Under the pieces are notes generated by a model that was not told the origin of the DNA, made no database searches, and saw nothing but the letters and a program-made list of their open reading frames with translations. From Tubiluchus corallicola (lineage: Eukaryota > Animalia > Priapulida): a stretch of DNA of 64,000 bases. Both the position numbers and the translations under genes were made by a program. Below are positions 24,424-37,202 of the stretch, one piece after another. Each line of letters starts with the position of its first letter. Positions within the stretch are counted from its first letter, which is position 1. Location of the stretch: positions 186,001-250,000 of the forward strand of contig JAQGDQ010000034.1 in assembly GCA_030141605.1 (NCBI GenBank), given 5' to 3'.

Positions 24424-25019
24424 CTTTAGGAGTTACTGCGCTCCTAAATTTTATTGTGTGGATAAACACGAGTGCGTGTTTCTTCAGGAAGTGGCGAGTT
24501 CGGGGATTTTTTCCGTTCGCTATTTCCGGTCTGACTGTCTTCCTAGGAAATCAAGCCATGTCGAAAGTGCTACTTGTCTGATATGCTAACTGGTTGCCCT
24601 TTTCGTCCTAACAGGAAGCACTCTGTAGCTAGTTAAACTTGAAACTTTATATGAAGGGGAAACGAATTCGCTAGTCAAGAGGATTGTGAAGTTGCTCAAA
24701 TACATATTTTAAAACTCATGTTTACCGCCTAGGCCTCAGATATATGAAAAAACTGATTTGTTTTTTTTTGTTTCTTTTACAAACATAAGCGTTAATTTAT
24801 CGATGACGCCTGTCTGTTTATCTTTTCCTGTTTCTGCCCGTTAATTTTTGTAGTCGTTCATCAAGTTGCAGAAATTTAAAGCTGCCCGTCTGTCTCTTTT
24901 TATTCATTCCCTCTCTCACTTTTTGGTTTTTATTCTACCCTCCTTGATTCATCTAGCCATTTTCATTTTTCAATAAATAACTGAATTTACTCGTTCATTC
25001 TTTTATGTTACTGTTTTAT

Positions 25020-25205
25020 TTATTTGTTTATTTATTCATTTACTTATCATTTTATTCGTTCGCTCATTTATTCACTCGTTCATTCATTAATTTATTCGTT
25101 CACTTGTTCATTCACTCCATTCGTTCACTCTTATTCATTCTGTATTTATACACTTGTTGATTTTCTCCTTTTTAATGCACATGTATTCATTCATTCGTTT
25201 ATTTA
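25020..25205. repeat. Degenerate (TTCA/TTTA)n simple repeat
   Basis: ttattcatttac..ttcattcattcgttt. Confidence 0.75.
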
Positions 25206-26831
25206 GTTATTAACTTTTTGCTGTTTTTGTTTATTATCTTCCATTCCTACATTCATTATTAATCAGACCATCACTGTAACAAGTTGTAGAGCAAACAAGT
25301 CATGTCAGGAAGAATTATTTTCACCGAATCGCGTTATACGGTAGAATTTCTCCCATTTTCCTTGAACAACTCTTATTTCAGAAGGCTCATGCGATGTACA
25401 AGCCCTGATTGGCATGTTTCCGGCGTTCTGAGCGCTGCCCATTGTTCGGGTTGAGCCGGTTTCCTACTCTTTTCAGTTGTCGGCGGTCTCTCCTCGGCCC
25501 ACGTTAATGTAGAAACCGGTTTCTCTTCTTGATTGTCAATTTAGCCTCCGACATAAAATGACGTCCTGTATGTTACAGATTAGCTGGAATTGTAATTTTG
25601 TTACAATGGAGAGATTTTACTGTCTTGCGGGCTGGTGCAGAACGAGAAATTAGGGGCAGAAAGTCGTTCTCTAATAGAGAGGGTCATATGGGAACGTGAC
25701 CAGATGGGTTTCAACTGAAAATAGGGTGACTAGGGTTTTTGTTGTTGTTCTGTGTGCTTCGTAATGCTCTATTACATGTACTTTGTAATTGAAGTTTAGT
25801 GTAAAATTATGTAAACGTACTATCCATCATATCACTTGCACCATTAACTTTATCCAGTTTCAATTTTTGCGTAATTGAAAATGAAGAAAGTTTACAGTGA
25901 ATTTCCTGTTGGTAATTTGGTTGTTAAGCAATGGCAATTTAGCTATAAAGCTTTTATGAACGTTCAAGTGTTTATGGTTTGTGGCGTTGACTATGTTAAT
26001 TTGTCAGGATTCGATTTTCAGAGATTATAGCATAATAAACAGTGTTGCTGATTTTCTGATAATATGAAGCTCTATTATTCATATTTTGAATCCTATGCAA
26101 ATCCCTTAAACGTGTAATGCCATCTATTGACAAAATAAGAGGAAGCGTTGGAACCCGGGTCTTCTTGAACGTATTGAAAATATCAACAATAATGAGAGTT
26201 TGAATGTGTTCGCGATAAATGCGCTATATAGTGATTCTACCCTGGGGGAATGAACCTGTTACCGTCACTAGGGGGCGTCTCTGCGTGGAAGAATAATCAA
26301 TTTGAACTATTAAGGCAAATTCTGAGAATCACCAAATTCGCTTCACTGTCGCAGCGTTTGTATTTTTGCTTTGCTGATCGCTTTGCTAAAAATCAATAAT
26401 TTTTCTTTCAAGTTTAGCGAGATGATGTTAGACATACTAAGTGGAGTGATTTTGCGTGATGTGGGTCTGCCCTTCCTGCTATTTGCTCTGCGAGTTTCCG
26501 TATTAATCATTGCACCTGGTTTCAGACCGGTTTTCACCGAAACGGCGCGTCAGTGCTAGTTCACGTGATATTTATTCATCTATATAGGCAGTACGGGGCG
26601 TAACCGAGTTCCAGTTGTTGTCACGAGGGGTTTTTCTGTAGATTAATTAGTTAAATTAAATAAATTTAAGTATTTATAGTACTTTTTGCTATTTATATTT
26701 TATTTTTTTCACATGCGCGTTTTCCTGTACTTTATTTTCCTTTTTGAACAAACTACGCATGTAAAAAGTTTTTTACGCAAAATTCAGTGTCGTAGATAAC
26801 TTTTGATTCTGTTTTTTAGTCTAAGGGGCCG

Positions 26832-29800
26832 ATGTCACTACAAATAGCAACATCGCCGCAGCAGGAGTGCAAGCATTGCGGTTTCACAGCGAAAACCAAA
26901 AGCGTCTTCAATCGCCATCTATTGGAGGAACACGGAGTCTTGCCATACGAGTGCAGTTTGTGTTCCAAATCCTTCAGGTCTCAGGTTCGTAAGCAGCTTG
27001 ACTTGTTTTTGTGTGTGTGATTTTTTTACTGTGAAAGTGTTTCACTGTAAAAATAAAATAAAATAGAGCAGAAGAACTGCATTTGCACTTTTCTTTATTA
27101 ATTTTAACGCAAATGAATAGTAGGTTCTCAATTATTGAAATGAAATGATTTGACCGTATAAATGTTGTTAATTATTGATATTTTGATGGAGCATATGCAA
27201 ATGAGTGCATTGCTACATGCTGAGAGAGTATCAGTGAGTATCGTCCGCAGTGTCATTTGATACAATAATTCACAAAGCAGATAGAAGCACTGCTTTGTGA
27301 AATGAAATTTCACTTCATGTTTCTCTAAAGACTACAATTTAAATTTTTCCAATCTTTAACGTTGAAGTGGAAAAAAATTTAAGTGTGAATATGTCATCTG
27401 GGTACAGCTAATTTGGTGTAAAAGTTTTAAATTAGTTAACAAGCCTCAGCAATTAATTGTAGCAAACATGTTGCTTATTTCAATTAAACATTGTTTGACT
27501 TGCATTTGTTGCAGGTTTCTTACTGGAAGCATGACTGTGACAACAAGTCCTTCTTTGAAACCAAGTGCAACTTGTGCAACCGTTGGTTCAGCTCTGCACT
27601 AGAAGTTAAAGCTCATGTATGCACAATGAAAGAAAAGTGCAAGCATTGTGGTGAGCAGTTTGCCAACAAAACAGCATTAAGAGCTCACCATTGTGATCAG
27701 TATCTGGGGAATCCTGATGACCTGAGCACTTATAACTACCCGGAAGTGACAGAAAGTGCTCGAAGAAGAAAGGGCGGACCTCGCAAGAGGACTAGAAGTT
27801 TTATAGAGAACAACAACAACATCATGGATCTGTCTCAGAAAGACAGCTATGACATGCAAATGCTTGATACCAATCACCAACCACCAAATAAAGGGATGTA
27901 CGAGCTTGGTATTTCTAATAAGAACATGGCTGTCCCTATAGGAGCAGAAGAAGCTCTTCCCCTTGTAATTACTGGAATGAAGCAAGTGACTGAGGACAGC
28001 TTGTGGCAGTGTGTCAAATGTGGCTGTATTATGACACCAGAGGGACAGAACCATCATTCCTGCTCTGATGACTGTGGACAGGATGCATTGGGAAACTTTC
28101 GCTGCCCCAAATGTGATGCTAGTTACACAAGGAGAGACAATCGCAACCGGCATGTGTGGAGAAACCATCTGCAGAAGGCATACTACAGCTGTGACGTGTG
28201 CCATCAGTGTTGTGATTCACACAGCGATTTGGAGAATCACATAGCTAGTAAACATGGCGACCAGGTAGTTACAACATCCGGGGGTGCAACAAAGGGTGTG
28301 GAATGCGATGTCTGCTATGCCACATGCAGTACACCACAGGGACTCGAAGCCCACAAACGAAGACATAGTGGTGAGAAGCCCCATGTATGTCCCGTTTGCT
28401 TCAGTTCATTCTCTTCCAGCCACAATATGACGGTCCACATGAGACTGCACACAGGGGAACATCCCTATACATGTGAAATTTGCAAGACAACATTCATTCA
28501 TCGACAAAGTCTCACACGGCATCTGGAGAGACATCGGACATCTGGTGGCACTAAATTTAAATGCACCAAATGCCCGGAGGAGTTTGATAGTTCTAATTCC
28601 CTTGCTGCCCACAATTCTGCATCTCATGATTCGTCACCCCTTCCTGAACTGAATACTAACAACAATAATAACAACATCGATGTCAAGAACAGTTATAATG
28701 ATAATAACAATGTCAACATCATCAATCACAACAATGTCAACAACAACAATAACACTACCGTTCCAAACAAAAACAATGTTGGAGAAGTAGAAAACCAGGA
28801 AGCCACTCCAACGGGCAGTCCACTTCGGTGTAAAACGTGTGGCATCAAATTTACTACTCGTTCTGCATTAAAAATCCACATGAAGGTCCACAAGGTTGAC
28901 AGACAGTACAAATGTGCAATTTGTGGGTGTGCATTTGCTTGGAAAGGCTTCCTTGATCGCCATATGGAAGTTCATCTGAGTGGTGCTGTGACCAACACGA
29001 ATGATCCAAAAATTCCAAATGCAGCATCGAGAGGAGAAACTGACTATAAGTGCAGAGTTTGTCACATTCCATTTCTAAATGCTGAAGAGATGATACAACA
29101 TATGTCAGAGAAACATGATATCTCTACCATATATAATTCTTATTTGCAGCTTGAAGTGTTTAAGGGGATAAGTGGTGCTTCACTTGCAATGACGAATAAA
29201 GTTGTGACAGCTGACCGAGCAACTAGCAGCGACACAGAAATGGTAGAAATGACTGAAATGAATGGAAATGCAGCCAATAAACAGTTTCAGTGCCTAGAAT
29301 GTGGTGAGGTTTTGTCATCAAAGCGGCGTCTTATTAGTCACTGGCAGGTACATGAAGCTCAAGGCATGGTCTCACACATTTGTCGTGTTTGTGGTGCAAG
29401 GTTCTCTCGCCTGAATTTCCTCACCAAACACTTGATGAGTCACAGTAAGACAGAACCTTTAACTTGTAAAATCTGCTCTCAGGAATGTTCTCCAACTCGT
29501 TTGTCATCACACATGGATGAACACCGCAAGGATTGGACTTTAGAAAAGGCTCTTTTGAAAGGACAAAGTGAGAATACATCTGCTCCAAAGAAATCTTGCG
29601 AGAATTCGCCTAGTCCAGTAGTGAATCGTTCGGCAAGCATTCCCGAGTCGCCTGTTCCTGCTAAGCCAGCAAACACTCCACAGTTGCCTTATGATTGCAA
29701 AATGTGCAGTGAAAAATTTGCTGCTAAGCATCAGTTGTACAAACATGTCAGTGCAAAGCACCCACTCACATCATACAGATTCAAGTGCAACAAGTGTTTA

Positions 29801-30313
29801 ATTGGCTTCAAATCCTATGATGAAGCAGAGCAACATGTCCTTGATTGTCATTGCCCCACTGATGATACTGATGACTCCTCCCAGAAAGGTTGGCAAGACA
29901 TATCTCCCGGCAGTAGCCGTCCAAGCACAGCATCGCCTGGATCTCCTAATGCAGCTGTCAGTGATGCCGGATCACAGTATCGTTGCCGTGGTTGCGGTGC
30001 CGAGTTCCTGTCATACAAGGATGCTCTGGAACACCGTCACAGTGAAAGTGACACAATATCCGCTCCTCCTATTAAAAGGAAGCAAAAAGCCAGGAAAAGT
30101 TTTCCTTCTAAGACCCATTCCAATGTAAATGCTCAGGAGAAAACTGAAAAGTCGACCACTAAGCAGCCATCACTGAAACCAAGTCCACTTAGCTTTTTGA
30201 AGCCTAGTTTCAATTGCCAGTCATGTGAGCTGAACTTTGAGGTTTACGAGCAAGCTGTAGACCACGTGTCTAAGGTTCATAGTGCCATCAGTGATGGTGA
30301 AGTGAAAATGTGA
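26832..30313 (+). CDS. Widely spaced multi-zinc-finger protein, ~983 aa, ~21 C2H2/C2HC fingers
   Basis: Exon 26820-26984 (ATG 26832, ..YECSLCSKSFRSQ|GT) joins in phase 0 to 27515-30313 (gcag|VSYWKHDC..); the splice completes a C2HC finger. Contains SGEKPH/TGEHPY linkers, an Asn-rich tract, PDDLS and KQKARKS motifs. Stop TGA 30311-30313. Confidence 0.92.
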
Positions 30314-30842
30314 TGAGTTTTGGCATTCCATTGTACATATCTTTACTATAGTTAAGCATTTTCATAATCACTTTAGTTTCATTTTGGTTTTGATTAGAGC
30401 ACAGTTATGGATTGCAACATGTTGTTGCTGGTACTAATGATTTATTCACAGTGATTATATAATTTCTTGATCTCTTTTTCATTGCATTAAGTTGAGCATT
30501 ATTTAATTCATAGGTTCGATTTAGGTTTTCAATTGATTGTAATTACATCATTAATTTCAATTGACATTGACAGAATCTTAAAGTTGTCCTACACTGAGTC
30601 TCTGATTTCATTTGTGTCATTTATTTGTAGACATCGTGTTTGGTGAATTAATTTTTTATATATTTAGTGACATCTGCATTTCATTTAGCATAATATGCAA
30701 ATAATTAATATTCTATGCATTGGCAACTGTTAAATGAAATATGTACTGGTTAAATGTTGCAATTGCTAATCTAAATTTTGATGAGATATTTTAGTTATCT
30801 ACCTATTTCAAGTACAAATTATGTACATGTGATTTGTAACTA

Positions 30843-31027
30843 CACTCAAATCTCTTTATACAGCCTTTTTTATACAGGGACTGCAAAAAAAGTTGGTGTT
30901 ATGGGAAATTTGGCATTGTAAGGAGGTGCATTAATACATACATGTCTATGCAAATATTGTTTTGCCAAAAATTAGGGTGTTAAGCAAGGTAGGCATTATA
31001 AAGGTGGCGCTACAATAGGTTTGACTG
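30843..31027. mobile_element. Tc1/mariner-pogo-like MITE relic downstream of the zinc-finger stop codon
   Basis: TA|CACTCAAATC ... GGTTTGACTG|TA: degenerate CAGTCAAACC-type TIR with TA on both sides. Confidence 0.55.
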
Positions 31028-33038
31028 TAGTTGTGCATTTGTTGTAAGAATCAGGAGCACTTTACAAAGTAAATTGCATGTTTTCAGCTACAAGTTTTAT
31101 TATGTCAGAAAAGAAAATCAGCACATACCTCTTTGAGGCAGTGCCTTATAGTGTTATAGCAAATTTGTTATAAGAATTCTAGTTTTCTAGATCTGATTGA
31201 TGTTTTCACTTTATAATTAGCCCATATCTTGAGTTGTTATTAAAGGTGCACATCGAACGTTCAAGTGCAAACGTTCGAATTCAGTCGAATAAGTTCTTTT
31301 AGTTCGAATTTGATTCACGCCTAAAATTGTAGATTTGAATAATTCGGCACTTCATCTACATATACATTCTTCATCATTAAAACGTTTGAAACATGGCGCA
31401 GTCAGCGCAATTTAGCTGCAATTTCTGTGCGCATTTTTTAAACACAAATTTTTATTTGTGTTTTACGGTAGAACAAGCTCAAGCAATATGCACGATCTTT
31501 GCGAGACTTCCTTTTTCTAATGGTTCGAAAATTTATTTGAAGATCTTTAGAAATGAATTTGTTCTGGATTGGAAAATGCTGAAATTTAGTTTGATTTGAG
31601 TTAGAAAGTAAAATTCGTGATAGAGAGTGCTCATCCTTAGTTGTTAAGTTGTCTTGTTTTGGGCAGTCTGTTTAAAAAAGACGCTGTTTTTTAGATTTTT
31701 ACACAATTATGGAGAATGTGTACATGTGAGTGGAAATTAATTGTTAATGTTTGTTAAACATCTGTAAAAATACTCAAAGTACACGTATTTTGTTCAAACC
31801 TCACCGTTCTAGGAGAAACTTTGTTCAAAGTCTAGGAGAGAACATTTAATCTAATGCGATGCATTTCTGCTCATTTTAAATGCAAATTTTGTTGTCGAGT
31901 TTTTTCATAAATGCTTTCCTCATAAACTACTTAATGAAATGTATATAGATATAATTACTTAGCAACATTACTTATTGTTCGTTGTCAGATTTCACATTCG
32001 TTTTTTTATACTTTGTCATTTTTACACTGCAATGTTTAGACCATTGTTTAATTATCAGAAACCAAGATTATATACTAGTGATACGTGGCAAAATAATGTT
32101 TGTAGCATATACTATCTTGAATTCAATACATATGATATTTTAATAACCACTTTGTGCTTAACAGGAAACGTAATTCATATGTAATTACATGGTTCTTCTA
32201 ACTGCTTCATTTATACAAGTGAAAGTTTTGAAGGCAGAAGGCTTACTCGTGTTTTACTTTTTAATTTTTTATATGCTCCTGGTTCAGTGTGAGGAAAGAC
32301 CTTCGGTGCACAATAAAAATTTGAATATCACTGCATTTAAAGATTAGTTCTTTATCATCTATGATTCTTTGTGTATCGAGTGTTGGACTGCTTGCATGGA
32401 TCTGTGTGCAGAAAATGTGGAAATTTAAAAGTGCACAACAAAAATACAATATGGAAGGCAGAAAGTTAAATATCTCGTAGAAAATGATGTCGATATTAGT
32501 ATTTTGTATTTTTTCTCACACCCCATTTTCCCTTGTCCCCATTATTTATGTTCTCTGTCCTCTCTCTAGGACAAAATAAAGAAATGAAAAACGCAGAAAA
32601 GACGAGGGGAATAATATGAGAAAAGCAAAGCTAAGATAGCAAGGAAGAGATGAATAAAAACAGTAAATAAAAATGGGTGGTGTAATAATATAGTTCTGCA
32701 AGTGCTAATTCATAAATACGAGTTCATTATAAACTTATATTTCCTTGAAATTATCACCTAGTTAATGACAGTGGCAGAACAGGAACCTAGTTTATATTCA
32801 AAAGTAATCGGAGATACACCGTTTCAGCCATCATTTCACTGTCACATGCTCCATTGTGACAATTGGAGCAATATAGCAATGTCATGCATCCATTTTGGTT
32901 ACGTTTAGCACATCGTTGTAGCCAAACACGTGGCCATTTATTTCCTTCTATGTGAATGTCGCTTCGAGCCCACTGATTAGTTTGGTTATTACCGTTAATT
33001 TTACTGTTTTAGTGATAAAAGTTGATACATATTATACA

Positions 33039-33282
33039 TAATAGATGGCGCCACAGAGCAGGAGCGAGATTACAAGTTTACTATAGGTTTCTCCAAATTC
33101 CCTGTCGGTTCTCTCGAGCTCCACCTCAAGCCGGTGCCGGCTGCCGCTGTATGAGTTTGTTATTTCTAGGTTTAAAATCTCTAGTTTGCAGCGAAATTTG
33201 ATTATAATAACTGCTTTTTGGGGGGGTTTTAAATGCTAGAAATTTTTGTGCGAGGAGAAGGTAACAAAATACAAAGGCTGCG
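33039..33282 (+). promoter_or_regulatory. Putative promoter / non-coding first exon of the Tau-like gene
   Basis: GC-richer island with AGATGGCGCCA (CTCF/YY1-like) at 33043 and donors GAAG|GTAACA (33260) and GCG|GTAAGT (33282). The next strong acceptor is tttctttcacag| at 39143. Confidence 0.5.
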
Positions 33283-36046
33283 GTAAGTCAAAATAGCGTT
33301 ACATAAATATTGTTATTTAATTTTGGGAATCATAGGTACTTTGACACTTTGTGTTACACTGTACATTTATTGTTTAACAAATGCTTTGTCTCTATGTGCA
33401 ATTTGAGCACAAGCTCCACGGGCTTTATAATTTTTGCTCATACCGCTGGCTTCTTTACTTCTTTATTAGGCATTTTTGATGCAAACTTTTGTTTTTAAGT
33501 CAGTAAGGTTATCATTCAGGACTTTTTGATAGGCCTAGTTTAGGTTTTTATTTTTTCAATAAGACTGAATTTCTTTGTATACGTTTCGAGATTTTCAAGT
33601 CCAAATGTCATTTTTAAGAATTTGTTTATTATGCAGTAATTTGTTGGTTTTCTCGACAAATCAATTTTAGCCATATTTTTCTTAGCGGTACTTGTACTAG
33701 TGAAAAAAATGAAAATAAACGATTAGCCAATTTTAACACTAAATGTCCATTAAAGTTGGCACTGTGCTAATTGTTATGATGGTGTATTAGTAAATCTACT
33801 TAAAAAATCTCGTAATTTTGGTGCTACAAGTGCAGTAGGTGTGTTATTCAAAAATTGAAAGCTAAACTAAAAGCTGTATGGTGACACTGAAGAGTTTGCT
33901 TAGTGCTAGGCTAGTCATGGTTATATTTGATCATGGTCCCACCTTTAATATCACAAATTAAATTACGGAATCAAATAAGAAACCGTAGAGATCAAAATCT
34001 AAAGTCCGTTTGTTGTGGTTTTATTTGCGGTGTTATAGTGAAAGAAAAGAAAACTTGTGGCTGGCTGCTGGTCCAAACGCACTGTCTTTTCTATGTACCA
34101 TTACATTTAACTGAATTTGAATGAACCTGGTTTTTTGAACTGCTTGTTTTTTTCTGCTGTGGCCAATGTAAGATAGGGCTAGCTGTATCACTTGCTGATA
34201 ATATTAATGCTAAGTCTTGGGTAACTAGAATAGATGTTTTCTCGTATTTTTAACTCACCTTTGCAGCTACCTACATTATTTTGGCTATTTTTGAGGCAGG
34301 TACATTATATTTAACTGAGTTTGAATGAGCCTGGTTTTTTGAACTGCTTGCTTTAGACACAAAGATTGTAAAGTTTTGATATATTATATACACTATATAC
34401 ACATACGTAGAGCAAAAAACTAAGCGTCTATTAACTAAGGGTACTAGATAGCTTGTATCCGTGGTAACGAGTTTTCTAAAATGTGTTAAGTATATAGTTC
34501 GGCAGTCAACTCGTATTAACAGGTCTAGGCAACCTTGTACTGCGTGAATCTTGCATTAACGGCTATTGTGCTGTACTATAAATACTAACATACTGGTTGC
34601 ATAAACATTCTTCAGCTGGTCAAAGGGCAGTTACACGTATACTCGCGTTTCATAATAGAAGTTCCGATGTATAGAATGCATGCCAGTTTCTGTTTCCCAA
34701 GTAAACAAATTAAACTCGGGAACAGCGGGATTTCTGCATTTTAGTATATTGAAGTAAATAATATCCTGAGAGAAGAATATAAATTCATCATTTTTAGCTC
34801 ATACAGTCCTGCTCTAGCAAAAGCTCCATAATTGTATTCGTCATTCGTGACATGCTTGACTTAAGAGGGAGGAATAAAATTGGCTTTGTTTTGCTCAGCC
34901 AGCACTTTGTCCATTACTTAATTAATCTCCAGTGGAGCGGGCCTTGTTAATGATGAGTCACTAGTGTGGGCTGTTAGTGGCACACATTGGACGCTGGTCA
35001 TTACTTACTGGACATGGTGACCTGAAAATCGCTTTCGATTTTTTTGGTTTATTGAACAAGCATTGTAGGAGAGTAGTAGTAATTGTTTTTAATTTGGATG
35101 TTTTTCATACTAAGACCTGTAGACAAAATCCATTTCGACTTAGTTGACAGGAAATTGTTAATTTAGGCAGTAATCTTTCATACCAGTAATTAGTCAATTT
35201 GGAAATGTAGAAGAGATCTTTTTGCGGCTAGATTTTCCCATTTCCGGTCCACAACCCGCAGTGCCTCCGTGTGAAAGCTGATTTCAGTGGAGACAAGCGT
35301 GTATATATATTTTTTCTATATGGAGGCTGGGGTGGCATACAGGGTTAATGCTTTCTTGGGAGCAGTGAGCAGTTTTGGGAAGGGTGTGGATAGTCCTACT
35401 CTAAAGTATATTAATGGCATTGAAACACCACTTAATTTCAGTTAGGTGTAGCAGTTTTATTCAATTAATGCTTGGATTATGCTTGATGCTAACAAATGCT
35501 ATATTGATCTTTGCAATGGTTGTGCATTACACCTTTCTATTGATTCTCTGCTGTTCTAAGCTGGTTATTCATATGATTCTCACTTGTATTGCAGTTTCCC
35601 TTTGCAAGGCTACCTTGACTTTAAGATATATCTGACGAAATAAATCTATCGACTTTTTTTCAAATAAGTGATTCTGTGAATATCTGTATGTCTGGCTAGA
35701 TATTTGAATTTAGACCTTTATTTCAGAATTTCTTTCATATAAAACAGAAGTTAAAAACATGCAAAATAAAAGAGCATTATTCAAGAAATTAGTAAAACAC
35801 ACTAAGCAGCACGTACAATTACTCCCCCTCTATGAAACATTTCTTATATAAGGGATTAACTTTCAACTGTTATGATCCTTGAAGAACACGGTGGTTTAGC
35901 TTTTGACATAGCCCGCTAAGCCGGCGGTCCATAGTTCAAATTCAGCCTGTGCTCCAACTTATTTCTATTTTTCAATGTTTGGTTTCAAAATTTAATTGAT
36001 CGTGAATTTGTAGACTTCTTACTATATTGTATGTAACCATTTAGAT

Positions 36047-36341
36047 CAGTGATTCCCAACCTTTTTTGACCCATTCCCCCATTTTGAAGGCCGCTGATTC
36101 TCGTTCCCCCTAGCCCACAAACAAAATGAAAAATGCATTTTTTTAATTCAATTTTTTTTAATTTCAACATTTTTTATTTATGAATAATAATACAATCTGT
36201 GGTCACCACATTCAATGTGACTCTTGCTCCTGTTGAGAGGACACGATTTTCTTGATTTTCGTTCCCCCCCTGGAGGTGGCTCATTACCCACCCACCCCCC
36301 CACCCCCAAGTGGGGAATTCCCTGCCGGTTCAGAACCCCTG
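36047..36341. mobile_element. hAT-type MITE (older copy)
   Basis: TIRs cagtgattcccaacc / ggttcagaacccctg; TSD ATTTAGAT / ATTTAAAT (one mismatch). Confidence 0.75.
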
Positions 36342-37065
36342 ATTTAAATGGTGGGATTGCGAAACTAATTTTGCCTACAACAAGTAACCCTTTGAGCTTT
36401 GACTATTTGAGTGTCAGAGGTTTGTAGGTGGACGAACAGAATTGTAGTAGTGCGCATAAATTTTCGAATCACAGGACAAGAACTCTAAGGCAGCTACAGT
36501 TTTTGAAATAATTTAAACATCTCAATGTTCTTTGTTTTTCTCTTGTGACACTTTGTTTACGTACTGATCTTGGTTGACTGCCTTTTTTCACCTCTTTGTC
36601 ATCTTGTTATGTTATCTTTGCTTAACTGCTTCAGCTTCTTTTGCTTTGCTGCTGAGTCTGCTCTACTTCCTTCTCCTCTTCCTCCTGGGAGGCATCCGGA
36701 CATTCCGAATGCATTCTAACCACATGGCTCGTCTCATGATAGTGGCAGGATGCTGTTGGGATGCTTTCATCATCATCTTTCTCCATGGCAACAGGCGTTT
36801 TTATTATGACAAGCGTTTATCCTAGAGACTATTACAAGGTTTGGGATGTAACATAGGTGTAGATCCATTAACTGTTACAGATACGGAATACAGATGAACT
36901 GGCTCGCTTTTAGAATCTATACTGACGATGTGTAAAATTGCTGCTCGTATGTTGAAAGCTTTACATAACGCGGGCCATTCGATGTGTATGTTTGCACTGT
37001 TGTAGGGGTGTTTTTATGTCATGTCTGCATGTGAGCAACTATTGTTGAAACAAATTTAGGCTAAC

Positions 37066-37202
37066 GTTTACAATTCCCCTCACACAAGAAATTAGTTCGT
37101 GAAGCGGACTAGGATTAGGGTTTGGATTAGCGCTAGTGTCAGGGTTGGGTTAGAGGTAGGGGTGAGGAACTGAGGGTATTTTTTGTGTGGGGAATTGTAA
37201 AC
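37066..37202. mobile_element. Small fold-back element with internal degenerate TTAGGG-like repeats
   Basis: Arms gtttacaattcccctcacacaa / ttgtgtggggaattgtaaac enclose taggattagggtttggattag..cagggttgggttagagg. Confidence 0.7.
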
